The position numbers and the translations under genes were made by a program. This document shows positions 9,333-18,140 of a DNA stretch of 64,000 bases, in pieces (the first letter of the stretch is position 1; each line of letters begins with the position of its first letter). The stretch comes from Candidatus Hydrogenedentota bacterium (lineage in GTDB: Bacteria > Hydrogenedentota > Hydrogenedentia > Hydrogenedentales > SLHB01), in contig BTWA01000012.1 of the NCBI GenBank assembly GCA_045863295.1, positions 64,001-128,000 on the forward strand, read 5' to 3'. The notes below the pieces were generated by a model. That model was not told where the DNA came from, searched no databases, and saw only the letters and a list, made by a program, of their open reading frames with translations.

Positions 9333-10491
9333 TTTCCCACTGACTGGCCACCTGAAATGAGAGACCCTGCAAGGTGGCCGTAACTTCGGGGTTTGGATGC
9401 TTCAGGCGCACCGTCGTGCGCGAAAACTCACGGCGGCGAGGATATTCCTTGCGCAGGCGATCAAACATCTCCGCACGCTGACAAGCATCTGCTGCCATCA
9501 GCCTTCGCATGGCTTGATCATCCGTTCGAATAGAATACACGGCTTGGACTGCTTTGCGAGCGGCAGGTATAATGTGTGTATCTTCCACATCCACGAATCC
9601 ACATTCAGGCTGGGGAAGCAGAGGTGTTGGATCCCAATCTGACTTCTTGCCCAGGAATCGTGCAACGGCCGAGTGCAACATTCGCGTGCCGTTTACCTTG
9701 CCGTCGAACGAATACCCGGCGATGTGCGGCGTGCCAATAAAGACTTTCCTGAGAAGACGCATGTCTACGTCCGGTTCTGCATTCCAGACGTCCAGGATGG
9801 CGGCAAGAAGTTCGCCTGATTCCAACCCCTCCAGGACACACTGTTCGTCCATCACGGGACCACGGGCCGTGTTGATGAATATGGCCCTGGGTTTCAGTTG
9901 CTCGAAAAAACGCCGCTCGGCCAGCCGGAAAGTGGCATCGGGTCCGTCATACGTAAGCGGCACGTGAATGGTGACGATGTCACACTCATAGATTTCCTCG
10001 ATCGACCTGTACAAGGGATCGCCCGTCAAACGGGCCAGTGGAGGGTCGTTGAGCACACACTCCATGCCGAGGGCTTCGCAACGGATGGCGACCCGGGAAC
10101 CCACATTTCCCACGCCGATGATACCTATGCGCTGGCGAGGAAGGTCAATGCCAAAGTGGGCGCCCAATTCCAGCAAGGCGGCGGTCAGGTAGTCAGCCAC
10201 GCTGTCCGCATTGGAGCCGGGGGCGCTGTCGAAGCGGATGCCTTCCTTGGCCAGATACTCTTTATCGATATGATCTTCACCGATGGTGGCCGTGCCCACA
10301 AATCGGACACGGGACCCCGCCAGAAGAGCCGCATTGACCTGGGTTACCGAGCGAACAAGCAAGATATCCGCGTGCTGTATGGACGCGGAAGACATGCCCC
10401 GGCCAGAAAGTGTTGTCACGTCGCCGAATTGGGAGAAGGCATCCTTCACATACGGGATGTTTTCATCAGCGACTATGTTGAGCGTGGCCAT
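9310..10491 (-). CDS. pdxB: 4-phosphoerythronate dehydrogenase
   Basis: IVADENIP, LLVRSVT, TATIGEDHID, GVGNVG, TPHIAGYS, FDRLRKEYPRRREF. Confidence 0.93.
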   Translation of the reverse strand: MATLNIVADENIPYVKDAFSQFGDVTTLSGRGMSSASIQHADILLVRSVTQVNAALLAGSRVRFVGTATIGEDHIDKEYLAKEGIRFDSAPGSNADSVADYLTAALLELGAHFGIDLPRQRIGIIGVGNVGSRVAIRCEALGMECVLNDPPLARLTGDPLYRSIEEIYECDIVTIHVPLTYDGPDATFRLAERRFFEQLKPRAIFINTARGPVMDEQCVLEGLESGELLAAILDVWNAEPDVDMRLLRKVFIGTPHIAGYSFDGKVNGTRMLHSAVARFLGKKSDWDPTPLLPQPECGFVDVEDTHIIPAARKAVQAVYSIRTDDQAMRRLMAADACQRAEMFDRLRKEYPRRREFSRTTVRLKHPNPEVTATLQGLSFQVASQWESATNGTS

Positions 10492-10523
10492 TGTCACTTA
10501 TGTCCGTGTATGCACTTGGACCA

Positions 10524-11411
10524 CTATTTCCACGGCGGCGTCGAAGGAAGTTCCAAATTGAATTCTTTGACAAGAGCGTCTTGGTAGGCGCCGCCAAAGG
10601 TGCCGCCAAAGAATTTGTCGAGTCCTTCCTGGAATAGCCGTTTCCAACTTTCGTCTTCCCGACCGGGAATGATGGGAAAGAAGTGTGCCCCATTGTCCAC
10701 GGCAGCCTTGTGATCGCCTGGTGCATCCCCAATCATGAGCATATTCGACTTTTTGTACCGTCCTGCAGAGGCTAAGTGAATGTGTTCGGACTTCTTGCCG
10801 AGTTCCTGGCCCGCAATCGCGAAAACAAATTCTGCGATACCCTGTTCGTCCCATTCCCGTTGGAGTGCCTCCGTGGGGGTTTGCGAGCAAACAAGCATAT
10901 CGGCATTTGATCGGGCTTTTTCAAGCGATTCGCGCACATAGGGAAAAGGAGGGAGTCCGTCCTTTACGATTTCTGAGACGACCTTATTCACTTCTTTACT
11001 CCAAGCCAGCGCACGATGCATATCTTCCTGATCGTGTGTCTTGCAGTACGCTTCAAGTACAGGGTTGCCCAACTTGGATTCCGTGGCAATCCACTGCCGC
11101 ACATTGGGTGCCTCCGGTACGACAAACTTGCGGTCCCGCACCTTGTCCCACTCCTTCAACAAATCAAAGGTCATGGTAAGCGCAGGAAATCGGTTGATGC
11201 CCCGCCATTGCGAATAAAGATTAACAAACTCGGCCGCAGCCCGCGCGAATTTCGAGATGGGTTGCAGGTCCCAATGCTTGATGATTTGCGGTATGAAGCA
11301 CTCCTTGTGCTTTACTTCCATCGTATCGAAAGCACAACCGTCGGAGTCGATTGCGATCAAAAACTCATGGGATGGCTGATGGTTTTTTAGTATGGACGTA
11401 GGGTCGGACAT
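10524..11411 (-). CDS. HAD-family hydrolase (phosphatase)
   Basis: IDSDGC motif I, MIGDAPGD motif IV; ATG 11411 with AGGAGG RBS. Confidence 0.85.
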   Translation of the reverse strand: MSDPTSILKNHQPSHEFLIAIDSDGCAFDTMEVKHKECFIPQIIKHWDLQPISKFARAAAEFVNLYSQWRGINRFPALTMTFDLLKEWDKVRDRKFVVPEAPNVRQWIATESKLGNPVLEAYCKTHDQEDMHRALAWSKEVNKVVSEIVKDGLPPFPYVRESLEKARSNADMLVCSQTPTEALQREWDEQGIAEFVFAIAGQELGKKSEHIHLASAGRYKKSNMLMIGDAPGDHKAAVDNGAHFFPIIPGREDESWKRLFQEGLDKFFGGTFGGAYQDALVKEFNLELPSTPPWK

Positions 11412-11439
11412 GGCTGAGACTCCTCCTTGAACAACGGCG

Positions 11440-12273
11440 TCACACGCCGGAATAGGCCGAAAAACCACCGTCAACTGGAATGACCGTTCCCGTTACGAAA
11501 CGCGCAGAATTGGAAGCGAGCCATATCGCGACTCCCGTAAGATCGCCGGACACGCCAAATGCACCCGCCGGAGTGTGGTCTATGATCTGCCTGCCCCGCT
11601 CGGTTAAGCCGCCGGTGCGGTCATTAGTCAACAGAAACTGGTTTTGTGGCGTCAGAAAGAATCCGGGTGCAATCGCATTCACGCGCAAATTTGGAGAGTA
11701 TTCTTGCGCCAGATGTACAGCAAGCCATTGTGTAAAATTGTTAACCGCGGCCTTCGCTGCCGCATAACCCACTATGCGGGTTAAAGGCCGAGTCGCCGCC
11801 ATGGACGAAATATTAATGATGGACCCGCCTTCCGGATTGTCTTTCATGCGTTTGCCGAAGATTTGGCATGGCTTGACTACTGAATTCAAAAAGTTTAAAT
11901 CCATGACTTTGCGGATGGCGTCGAGGGAAAGGTCGAAGAAAGGCATATCGGCCGTGACCGTGGCCTCTTTCATATTGCCTCCCACGCAATTCACAAGAAT
12001 ATCAACTTTGCCAAATTCCAAGTATACGTCATCGCAAAACGCTTCCACGGCACCATCTTGCATCATATCCAACGCATACCCTTTGGCGTGGCCGCAGGTT
12101 TCCGCCAGCTGTCGCGAAATCATCGCAGCCTTGTCCAAGGTAATGTTGGTCACAGCACATTGTGCACCAGCGCGGGCCATGCCGCAGGCGATCGCGCTAC
12201 CCAACTCGCCGCCACCACCGGTTATTACGGCTACCTTGCCGGATAGGTCAAAAAACTCCTGAATATCTGACAC
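11440..12273 (-). CDS. SDR oxidoreductase, D-mannonate/fructuronate oxidoreductase-like
   Basis: TGGGGELG, IINISSM..RPLTRIVGYAAAKAAVNNFTQWLAV, IPVDGGFSAYSGV C-terminus; GTG 12273 with AAGGA RBS. Confidence 0.8.
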   Translation of the reverse strand: MSDIQEFFDLSGKVAVITGGGGELGSAIACGMARAGAQCAVTNITLDKAAMISRQLAETCGHAKGYALDMMQDGAVEAFCDDVYLEFGKVDILVNCVGGNMKEATVTADMPFFDLSLDAIRKVMDLNFLNSVVKPCQIFGKRMKDNPEGGSIINISSMAATRPLTRIVGYAAAKAAVNNFTQWLAVHLAQEYSPNLRVNAIAPGFFLTPQNQFLLTNDRTGGLTERGRQIIDHTPAGAFGVSGDLTGVAIWLASNSARFVTGTVIPVDGGFSAYSGV

Positions 12274-12449
12274 AGTCAATTCCTTCCCCACAGGGCAATT
12301 CGGAGGAGTAAACGAAGTTCGATTCCCGACTGACAATTGGACGGGGCGAAGTGACGCCAATACTTGAAACGGCCATGGGAAACCCTCTATTTGGGAAGCG
12401 CCCAACGATTAATAAGCTCGTTTCAGAATTGCCCAAACACAAACATCGA

Positions 12450-12478
12450 ATCGTATCACATATAAGCTAAACCTTCAA
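12450..12478 (-). promoter_or_regulatory. Putative sigma70 promoter for the sugar-acid cluster
   Basis: Minus strand TTGAAG-N17-TACGAT with TG extended -10. Confidence 0.5.
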
Positions 12479-12528
12479 ACAGTGATGGGTTACTTAGAAC
12501 AAATCAAGACACCTCAAAAACGTGCAGG

Positions 12529-13515
12529 TTAGACCTGTCCGGGTTCGCGAGGGTCCCCCATTTGAGGACGATTGCGTTTGAACCAAATGGCGGTCCCCAC
12601 AAGTCCTCCTACGATTAAGGAACCAACACCAATCCACTGAGATGTAGACAAACCGAATGCACGATTGGCTTCGACAAGGGGGGCTGCGTCAAGGACAACT
12701 CGCATCAATCCATATAAGACAAAAGTCAGTGCGAAAGTGGCACCCGGTGCTCGAATGCATCGGTAGAAGATCTCAACCGTCACCCAGAGTACCAGCCCCG
12801 CGGTCGTGTAGGCAATTGGCAAGGGAAACACCGGCATCGTTCGGTTCTTTTGAGCCATCAGCAGTGCCTCTTCACGTGTCATGCCGTGCGTGACGAGATG
12901 GCGTTTTAATGCGAGCGGCAGGCGGGAGTCGTCCATTGCAAGCAAAGCGACATGACAAATTGGAATGCGTTTCCCGTCTTCCAGCGAGAGCAGAAGCGGA
13001 TCTGGAGGATCGAGCATTCCCAACGCGTACTGACGGTTGTAAACGATGCTGCCAAACGGGTACGTGATGCCAACCGCCGGCCTACATTCGATCCCCGCGC
13101 AACATCCAGACGACAGACATGCAAATTTCGCCACGGCAATCGAAATAAAGATTGACGGCGCCAATGCATCAAGGTAAGTCAGAGATTTCGACCCAAAGAA
13201 CAGGACGTAACTAAACAAAATTACAGATGAAAACGCGAGAAAGATGGAAATGGAATACGGCGCTCGCGCAAAAGGAGAAAGCAGTGCCCATTCAAACCTG
13301 GGAGACGATCCGGAACTCAAGTCATGTACAATTCGCCCAGCCAGCCAACCGGCCACAATTGCAATAATAAACCCAGGAACCAATTTGCCAACGTCGATTT
13401 CCCGCCGCCGGGTACGGCCAATTAACGTGGCAACGCCTGCCAGTGCCGCCAAGAGGATGAAGAACGGATAAGCATTCACATCCATCCGGCCTATGGATAG
13501 GAGTACAGGTTGCAC
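12529..13515 (-). CDS. Divergent prolipoprotein diacylglyceryl transferase (Lgt)-family membrane protein
   Basis: Lgt-like N-terminus (MQPVLLSIG...Y), GRI, DALAPSI, KFACLSSGCCAG, YGLMR, GLSTSQWI; several canonical residues altered. Confidence 0.8.
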   Translation of the reverse strand: MQPVLLSIGRMDVNAYPFFILLAALAGVATLIGRTRRREIDVGKLVPGFIIAIVAGWLAGRIVHDLSSGSSPRFEWALLSPFARAPYSISIFLAFSSVILFSYVLFFGSKSLTYLDALAPSIFISIAVAKFACLSSGCCAGIECRPAVGITYPFGSIVYNRQYALGMLDPPDPLLLSLEDGKRIPICHVALLAMDDSRLPLALKRHLVTHGMTREEALLMAQKNRTMPVFPLPIAYTTAGLVLWVTVEIFYRCIRAPGATFALTFVLYGLMRVVLDAAPLVEANRAFGLSTSQWIGVGSLIVGGLVGTAIWFKRNRPQMGDPREPGQV

Positions 13516-13616
13516 GGGCTGGCTGGGCGAAATGCCGTCATTGCCGGGATTCAGGTTTTGCTATCAACACGAATACTGAAACCCAAACAAGACGGTGCAA
13601 TGCATGCCCAATCTTG

Positions 13617-13772
13617 TCAGTGCGTTAAGGCGTTGTAGCATTCGCCCCAGCCCGGCGTCGGATATTCCACAGGCACATCATCTGCATACGATACCAAGGC
13701 CGGTGCAAACAGGGTGGCAACTATGGCGACCGCGGCCGCCCACCAGATCACGCGCTTCGAAAACCGTTTCAT
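13617..13772 (-). CDS. Small secreted peptide, 51 aa: MKRFSKRVIWWAAAVAIVATLFAPALVSYA|DDVPVEYPTPGWGECYNALTH
   Basis: Translated by hand (below the ORF-track cut-off); AAGGAG RBS 8 nt upstream; Sec-type n/h/c regions ending S-Y-A; same strand, about 100 nt upstream of the Lgt-like gene. Confidence 0.75.
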   Translation of the reverse strand: MKRFSKRVIWWAAAVAIVATLFAPALVSYADDVPVEYPTPGWGECYNALTH

Positions 13773-14103
13773 TTCCTGTTCTCCTTGCTTTCTTGCCTTG
13801 CGACCTGCAAGACATATTTGTGGCGCACTCCGGCTCGGGATGTGGACTGCGTAAGTGCATTACCAACATTTCACGTGCCGGAACATACGCGCAATGGATG
13901 CAGACGAAAGCGAATGGGAGAGAATGCGTTCTCACTCGCAGCGCTTACAACCGGTACCGAATATACAGGCACAAGCCTTAAGCGTGTCCAACGTGTACAA
14001 ATACATGGGGTTTGAACGAGGCTGGAGCCCGAAAGGTGACGTCCACTCGAGTCCAATCAGCCGACGCCAAACGAGAAGCAACTGCAACAACCAGGATTTA
14101 ATC

Positions 14104-14132
14104 ACTTTATCAATAACCATTCATCTTGTCAA
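14104..14132 (-). promoter_or_regulatory. Putative sigma70 promoter facing the peptide/Lgt-like genes
   Basis: Minus strand TTGACA-N17-TAAAGT with TG extended -10. Confidence 0.55.
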
Positions 14133-14250
14133 TGGTATTGTGCATGAGAAAAGTGTGTTCAAATATCTCGATGTAGCAGTAAGACCAGTTATGGGGTGTA
14201 GAGGTTCGAATCTTGAAGAGGTGGAGTAGAACGTCGGCGGCCCCGATGCA

Positions 14251-14733
14251 TCAAGTCAGAATCGAAGGTAGTGAGTCCGGGGCTCCCTCTACCAAATTGC
14301 GTATGCCGTCAATAGAGGAAAGGCCTCTCTTTTCGCCAATGCGGCTCATGATCCATGCCAGACATTTCAACCAAAATGGAATGGGAGCATTCGATATGCA
14401 CAATTCATGACGCAATCTTACTTGCTTTCCATTTTCAAGAGCATCCAGATGAAATGTCTCATCCACGTGGCGGCCTTTGTGCGTTGATTCAAGTATATAC
14501 CGGAAAGTAATTCTGATTCGCGGATCCAACGCCACCACTTCGCAGGAGGCCCTTGAGGCAGGTCCGGACATCTTGAACGTGGCACTGAACCGGAGTCCGT
14601 TGTATGCCTTCGTCCCCCGAGCGTCGCAGGCAACACACTTGTGATTCCAGAGCGGCATTAACTCTACGTCTTCCAGAACGGACCAGACGCGATCAGGACT
14701 GCCTGAAATGAAGCCCTCGTCATAAAGCACCAT
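14251..14733 (-). CDS. SRPBCC/polyketide-cyclase-like protein
   Basis: ISGSPDRVWSVLEDVELMPLWN pattern; start moved to ATG 14733. Confidence 0.75.
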   Translation of the reverse strand: MVLYDEGFISGSPDRVWSVLEDVELMPLWNHKCVACDARGTKAYNGLRFSATFKMSGPASRASCEVVALDPRIRITFRYILESTHKGRHVDETFHLDALENGKQVRLRHELCISNAPIPFWLKCLAWIMSRIGEKRGLSSIDGIRNLVEGAPDSLPSILT

Positions 14734-14756
14734 TTCGAGAATTGTCACCGTTGTAG

Positions 14757-15938
14757 TCAGTTCAATACCGATGGATCCCAAATGGTGGCGCCAATATACC
14801 GTTCGGGACCGGTCGTTGCATCGTTGAAGTAATACACGACAACCACTTTTCCATCAGGGCGTTGCACGCTTCGTGGATAGCCGATGTCTCGACTTGCGCC
14901 GTCCTTGCGCAGGACGATTTCTTTACCCCAGGTTCTACCGCCGTCGTCGCTCAACTTGGCGCACATGGAGAAAGGTTCCGCCCTGTATCCATAGGTCAGA
15001 CAGAGGCGGCCATCTTTCAGTTTGATTAAGCTGGGAGGGTTTCCTTCGCCCAGTGTTTCCATTGGGTCGTTAGAGTACGTCCATGTCTTGCCGTTATCGG
15101 CGGAGTGATAGGTCGAATTAAAGCGGCGATCAGGCGTGCGCACGCGCACGACACTCACCAATTCAGTTTCGGACAACCGAACGCTTGAGGGCATAATGGA
15201 GAATTCGTCAATCTCAGGCCCGATGAACGAGAGAAATTCCCACGATTTCCCGCCATCGGTTGTGCGCATGCAGAAAGGCCGGCCCTCCCGGCCATTGCTT
15301 TTGGCCGCGGTCGAAAAGACGGTGCAAATGCCGGGTCCATCCACAATATAGTCGGTACGAGCCGCGGTGCCCTGCAAATCAAAGTTGGGGAGACGAAATG
15401 GGCCTTGCCAAACATGGCCTCGATCATAGGAGTAGTAAAACCGAGACACCCCCGCATGAACGCTGTTCATGCGCGTGGTAAAGGCAAAATCCGGATGAGT
15501 AAAGTCAATTCCTCCCGGGCATTCTTCCAGCGGTGGAATGGCGACTCCTGGAATCTCCGTGCCATGCAATGAATCGCCTTCAGGCATCAGCATGCCCTTG
15601 GAGTTCGGATCTTCAATCGCCCAACTCTCCCCGCCATCTAGGCTTCGGGCGAGCATGTGCCGTTCTGGTTTGTCGCGGTCGATGTGATGACGATCTCCCA
15701 GGTTCAGATAGTGACCTTTGCTAAATCCCACCAGGATTTCGTTGCCCCAAATCCATATGCCATGGTTGGCGGGCCAACCACCAAACATGCCCGGCTCGTA
15801 ATAGACTTTTACATGAGATGCCTGCACGGGTTCACCTTGCGCCTGCTCCTGTCCGTAGGAGGCGCATGCCAAGAATACGATCCAAATGACTAATGACAAG
15901 ACATCGTAGCGGACAAACGAACGCATTGAGGTCGGCAT
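14757..15938 (-). CDS. Secreted BNR/Asp-box (sialidase-like) beta-propeller
   Basis: Asp-boxes SLDGGESW, SYDRGHVW, TTDGGKSW, SADNGKTW, SDDGGRTW; signal peptide; CAGGAG RBS before ATG 15938. Confidence 0.85.
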   Translation of the reverse strand: MPTSMRSFVRYDVLSLVIWIVFLACASYGQEQAQGEPVQASHVKVYYEPGMFGGWPANHGIWIWGNEILVGFSKGHYLNLGDRHHIDRDKPERHMLARSLDGGESWAIEDPNSKGMLMPEGDSLHGTEIPGVAIPPLEECPGGIDFTHPDFAFTTRMNSVHAGVSRFYYSYDRGHVWQGPFRLPNFDLQGTAARTDYIVDGPGICTVFSTAAKSNGREGRPFCMRTTDGGKSWEFLSFIGPEIDEFSIMPSSVRLSETELVSVVRVRTPDRRFNSTYHSADNGKTWTYSNDPMETLGEGNPPSLIKLKDGRLCLTYGYRAEPFSMCAKLSDDGGRTWGKEIVLRKDGASRDIGYPRSVQRPDGKVVVVYYFNDATTGPERYIGATIWDPSVLN

Positions 15939-16307
15939 GTGCGGCTCCTGGTTGATGGAACAGCATCGTACTGGGGCGGGAGCACCTCCTTCAAGGTCAC
16001 CGTAACCGATTGTGTACGAGTCCAATTGTGACCTCAGGTCGCGCGTGCGCGGGCCATGTCATTCGATGGTCTGTCGGTTTGGAGGTATACGGCTAGAGTG
16101 GGCAGGGTTTCATTCAAGCCCAGAGTACGGTGACGTAATCCAGGAGTATCGCCTGACGTTACGGACTATTTCGCCGAATGGTGAGGGCTACAACCGCGTA
16201 CCGATAACTAGCAAATAGGTCACCATGGAATGCGATGCACAATAATCGCCTCCATCCACTCGAATCACACGCGGGTGTGTCTCGTTTGTACCGGCAAGAT
16301 AATTCTT

Positions 16308-16748
16308 CTATTGTACCGACGCTACTGGTTTCTGCGGTATCTTTCGGGGACGCGGCGCTGGTTTGGGAGACTTGCCGGGAACTCGCTGCTCATCCTCTTG
16401 CACCCGTTTGATGAACGCCGTGACCAAGTCAAAGCTCTTATCCATCGTGGATTTGAAGTCCTTGCGGCTTCTCCTCACCATTTTCGCCCATTCAGTGGCG
16501 ACTTTCTTGCCCTCCGCCGGCATCCAGCGACCGTTGGTCAGAATCTCCATAATCAACTTCTCAGCTTGATCCTGAATGCCTCCCACAACTTTGATGGTCG
16601 TATCAAACGTGGTCTTTTGAAACTCCACCAAATTGAGGGCAAGTTTCACCGCTTTTTCCCGGGTTACGTCACCAGTTTTCGCCAGGCTGTTTCGCAATCC
16701 CCTTTTTCCTTTCTTCGTGGCTGCGGATTTCTTTTTTGTTTCCACCAT
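16308..16748 (-). CDS. Hypothetical basic helical protein, phasin-like
   Basis: EFQKTTFD...QDQAEK...WMPAEGKK..EW helical core with Lys/Pro-rich termini; GGGAG RBS. Confidence 0.5.
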   Translation of the reverse strand: MVETKKKSAATKKGKRGLRNSLAKTGDVTREKAVKLALNLVEFQKTTFDTTIKVVGGIQDQAEKLIMEILTNGRWMPAEGKKVATEWAKMVRRSRKDFKSTMDKSFDLVTAFIKRVQEDEQRVPGKSPKPAPRPRKIPQKPVASVQ

Positions 16749-16884
16749 GGTACTGACTCCCAATTGTCAACCCAACGTGTGCAACAGCCGCTTTGCCTTG
16801 CACATGGTCAGGTACCGATCGATAGCTCATCCCATGTCTCGCTGGCCGTTCAATCTTGCTGTCCAATTCCAATTTCGTCGTATT

Positions 16885-18027
16885 CTATGCGGTTACGCTC
16901 AACTTCTTTGAATTTGCGGCCTTCTGATCCATGACGGACTGCCATTTTCTGGCAACGGCGTGCGACATTATGCAATCAAGGTAGGCAGGATCCGTGCATG
17001 GAAATGGCTCGGAATCGTCAAGCACAAAGTCAGTATTGGAGCGGTCAAAGACCGCTTCCGCAAACATATACGGTCGCAGGGGCAGCATTGATTTCAAGGT
17101 GCGACGTTCTACCGGAGTCGCATCGCCATTCAAACGGGGGACATCCGCAAGCCGCCCTGGCGATCCCCGACGGGCACAGTATCCATTCGCCCACCCCATC
17201 ATGTGCCGGTGCGTCAACGGATTGGGATTCGTGAGATGAAACGTCCTGCCTGAAGGCCCGTCGCGGTCAATGATGGTCCACATCGCCCTCGCTACCCAGT
17301 CCACGGGCACCAAGTTCTGAGTTGAATGAGGATTCGCTTCAACGCGAATGGGCCTGTCACACGGAATTCGGCGTTCGGCCAACAGGGCTACCAAACGCAT
17401 AAAACCGTAAAAGTTCAGGAACTGGCAGATGGAACCATCCCCGGTTGCGCCTGTAATGATAGAAGGCCGGAATATCGATCCCTGCACTCGGCCACTCGCG
17501 ATCGCGTCTCGTACCATGCGCTCCGCCGTGAGTTTGCTCTTTTCATAGGTGTTCTTGAAGATCTGCCCATGATCGAGATCGCTCTCGCGCACAATACCTA
17601 CTCGAGTGCCTGCAACATACGCCGTGCTGACGTGGTAGAGCGGGATTCCCGTTCCTTCCAGAAAGTCAATGACGTTAGCCACACCCCAAACATTGGTATC
17701 CCAAATCACCTCATCCATCGAGCTATCGAAACTCGTACACGCGGCACAATGAATCAAGGCAGTCAACGTTCGCCGAAGTTCATCTCGTTGCCGGGAGGAG
17801 ATGCCAAGGTTGGGCAGGCATGCATCGCCATGCACAATGCGGATTCGTGACGTAAGGTGTCCCCGACCCGTAATAGACATGACGGCCGTCAAGCGCCTTC
17901 TAGCCGTGCCAGGGTCCGCGTCACGCATTAGGACGACCGGTTTGAGTCCGCGGTCCAGGCTTTCAGCCAGGACCCAACTTCCCATAATGCCCGTTGCGCC
18001 CGTCAGCAGGATGGAGCGGTGCCGCAT
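16885..18027 (-). CDS. Extended SDR / NAD_binding_4 (fatty acyl-CoA or thioester reductase-like)
   Basis: LLTGATGIMG, HVSTAYV, YEKSK, RPSII, NLVPVDWV. Confidence 0.85.
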   Translation of the reverse strand: MRHRSILLTGATGIMGSWVLAESLDRGLKPVVLMRDADPGTARRRLTAVMSITGRGHLTSRIRIVHGDACLPNLGISSRQRDELRRTLTALIHCAACTSFDSSMDEVIWDTNVWGVANVIDFLEGTGIPLYHVSTAYVAGTRVGIVRESDLDHGQIFKNTYEKSKLTAERMVRDAIASGRVQGSIFRPSIITGATGDGSICQFLNFYGFMRLVALLAERRIPCDRPIRVEANPHSTQNLVPVDWVARAMWTIIDRDGPSGRTFHLTNPNPLTHRHMMGWANGYCARRGSPGRLADVPRLNGDATPVERRTLKSMLPLRPYMFAEAVFDRSNTDFVLDDSEPFPCTDPAYLDCIMSHAVARKWQSVMDQKAANSKKLSVTA

Positions 18028-18123
18028 GGGATCCCCCTAAAATTGGCTGGTGCCGTTACCCCTCGAATCCGGACGCCAAAACTAAGTCTCGACATCGACA
18101 AACATACTAACCCGTCCAACCGT

Positions 18124-18140
18124 AGCACACCTTGTGCCAA
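18124..18140 (-). promoter_or_regulatory. Putative sigma54 promoter upstream of the reductase
   Basis: Minus strand TTGGCACAAGGTGTGCT, GG-N10-GC spacing, about 100 nt upstream of ATG 18027. Confidence 0.6.

Noticed and set aside
13866..13881. Sigma54-like CGGCACGTGAAATGT upstream of the peptide gene
   Set aside because: -12 element is GT rather than GC and -24 lacks the leading T
13932..14006. 24-aa Cys-rich mini-ORF MYLYTLDTLKACACIFGTGCKRCE in the peptide-gene leader
   Set aside because: No RBS or signal; compatible with chance, though worth rechecking if conserved
14193..14214. tRNA-like GGGGTGTAGAGGTTCGAATC fragment (possible att remnant)
   Set aside because: No cloverleaf, no CCA end, no second copy or integrase in the window
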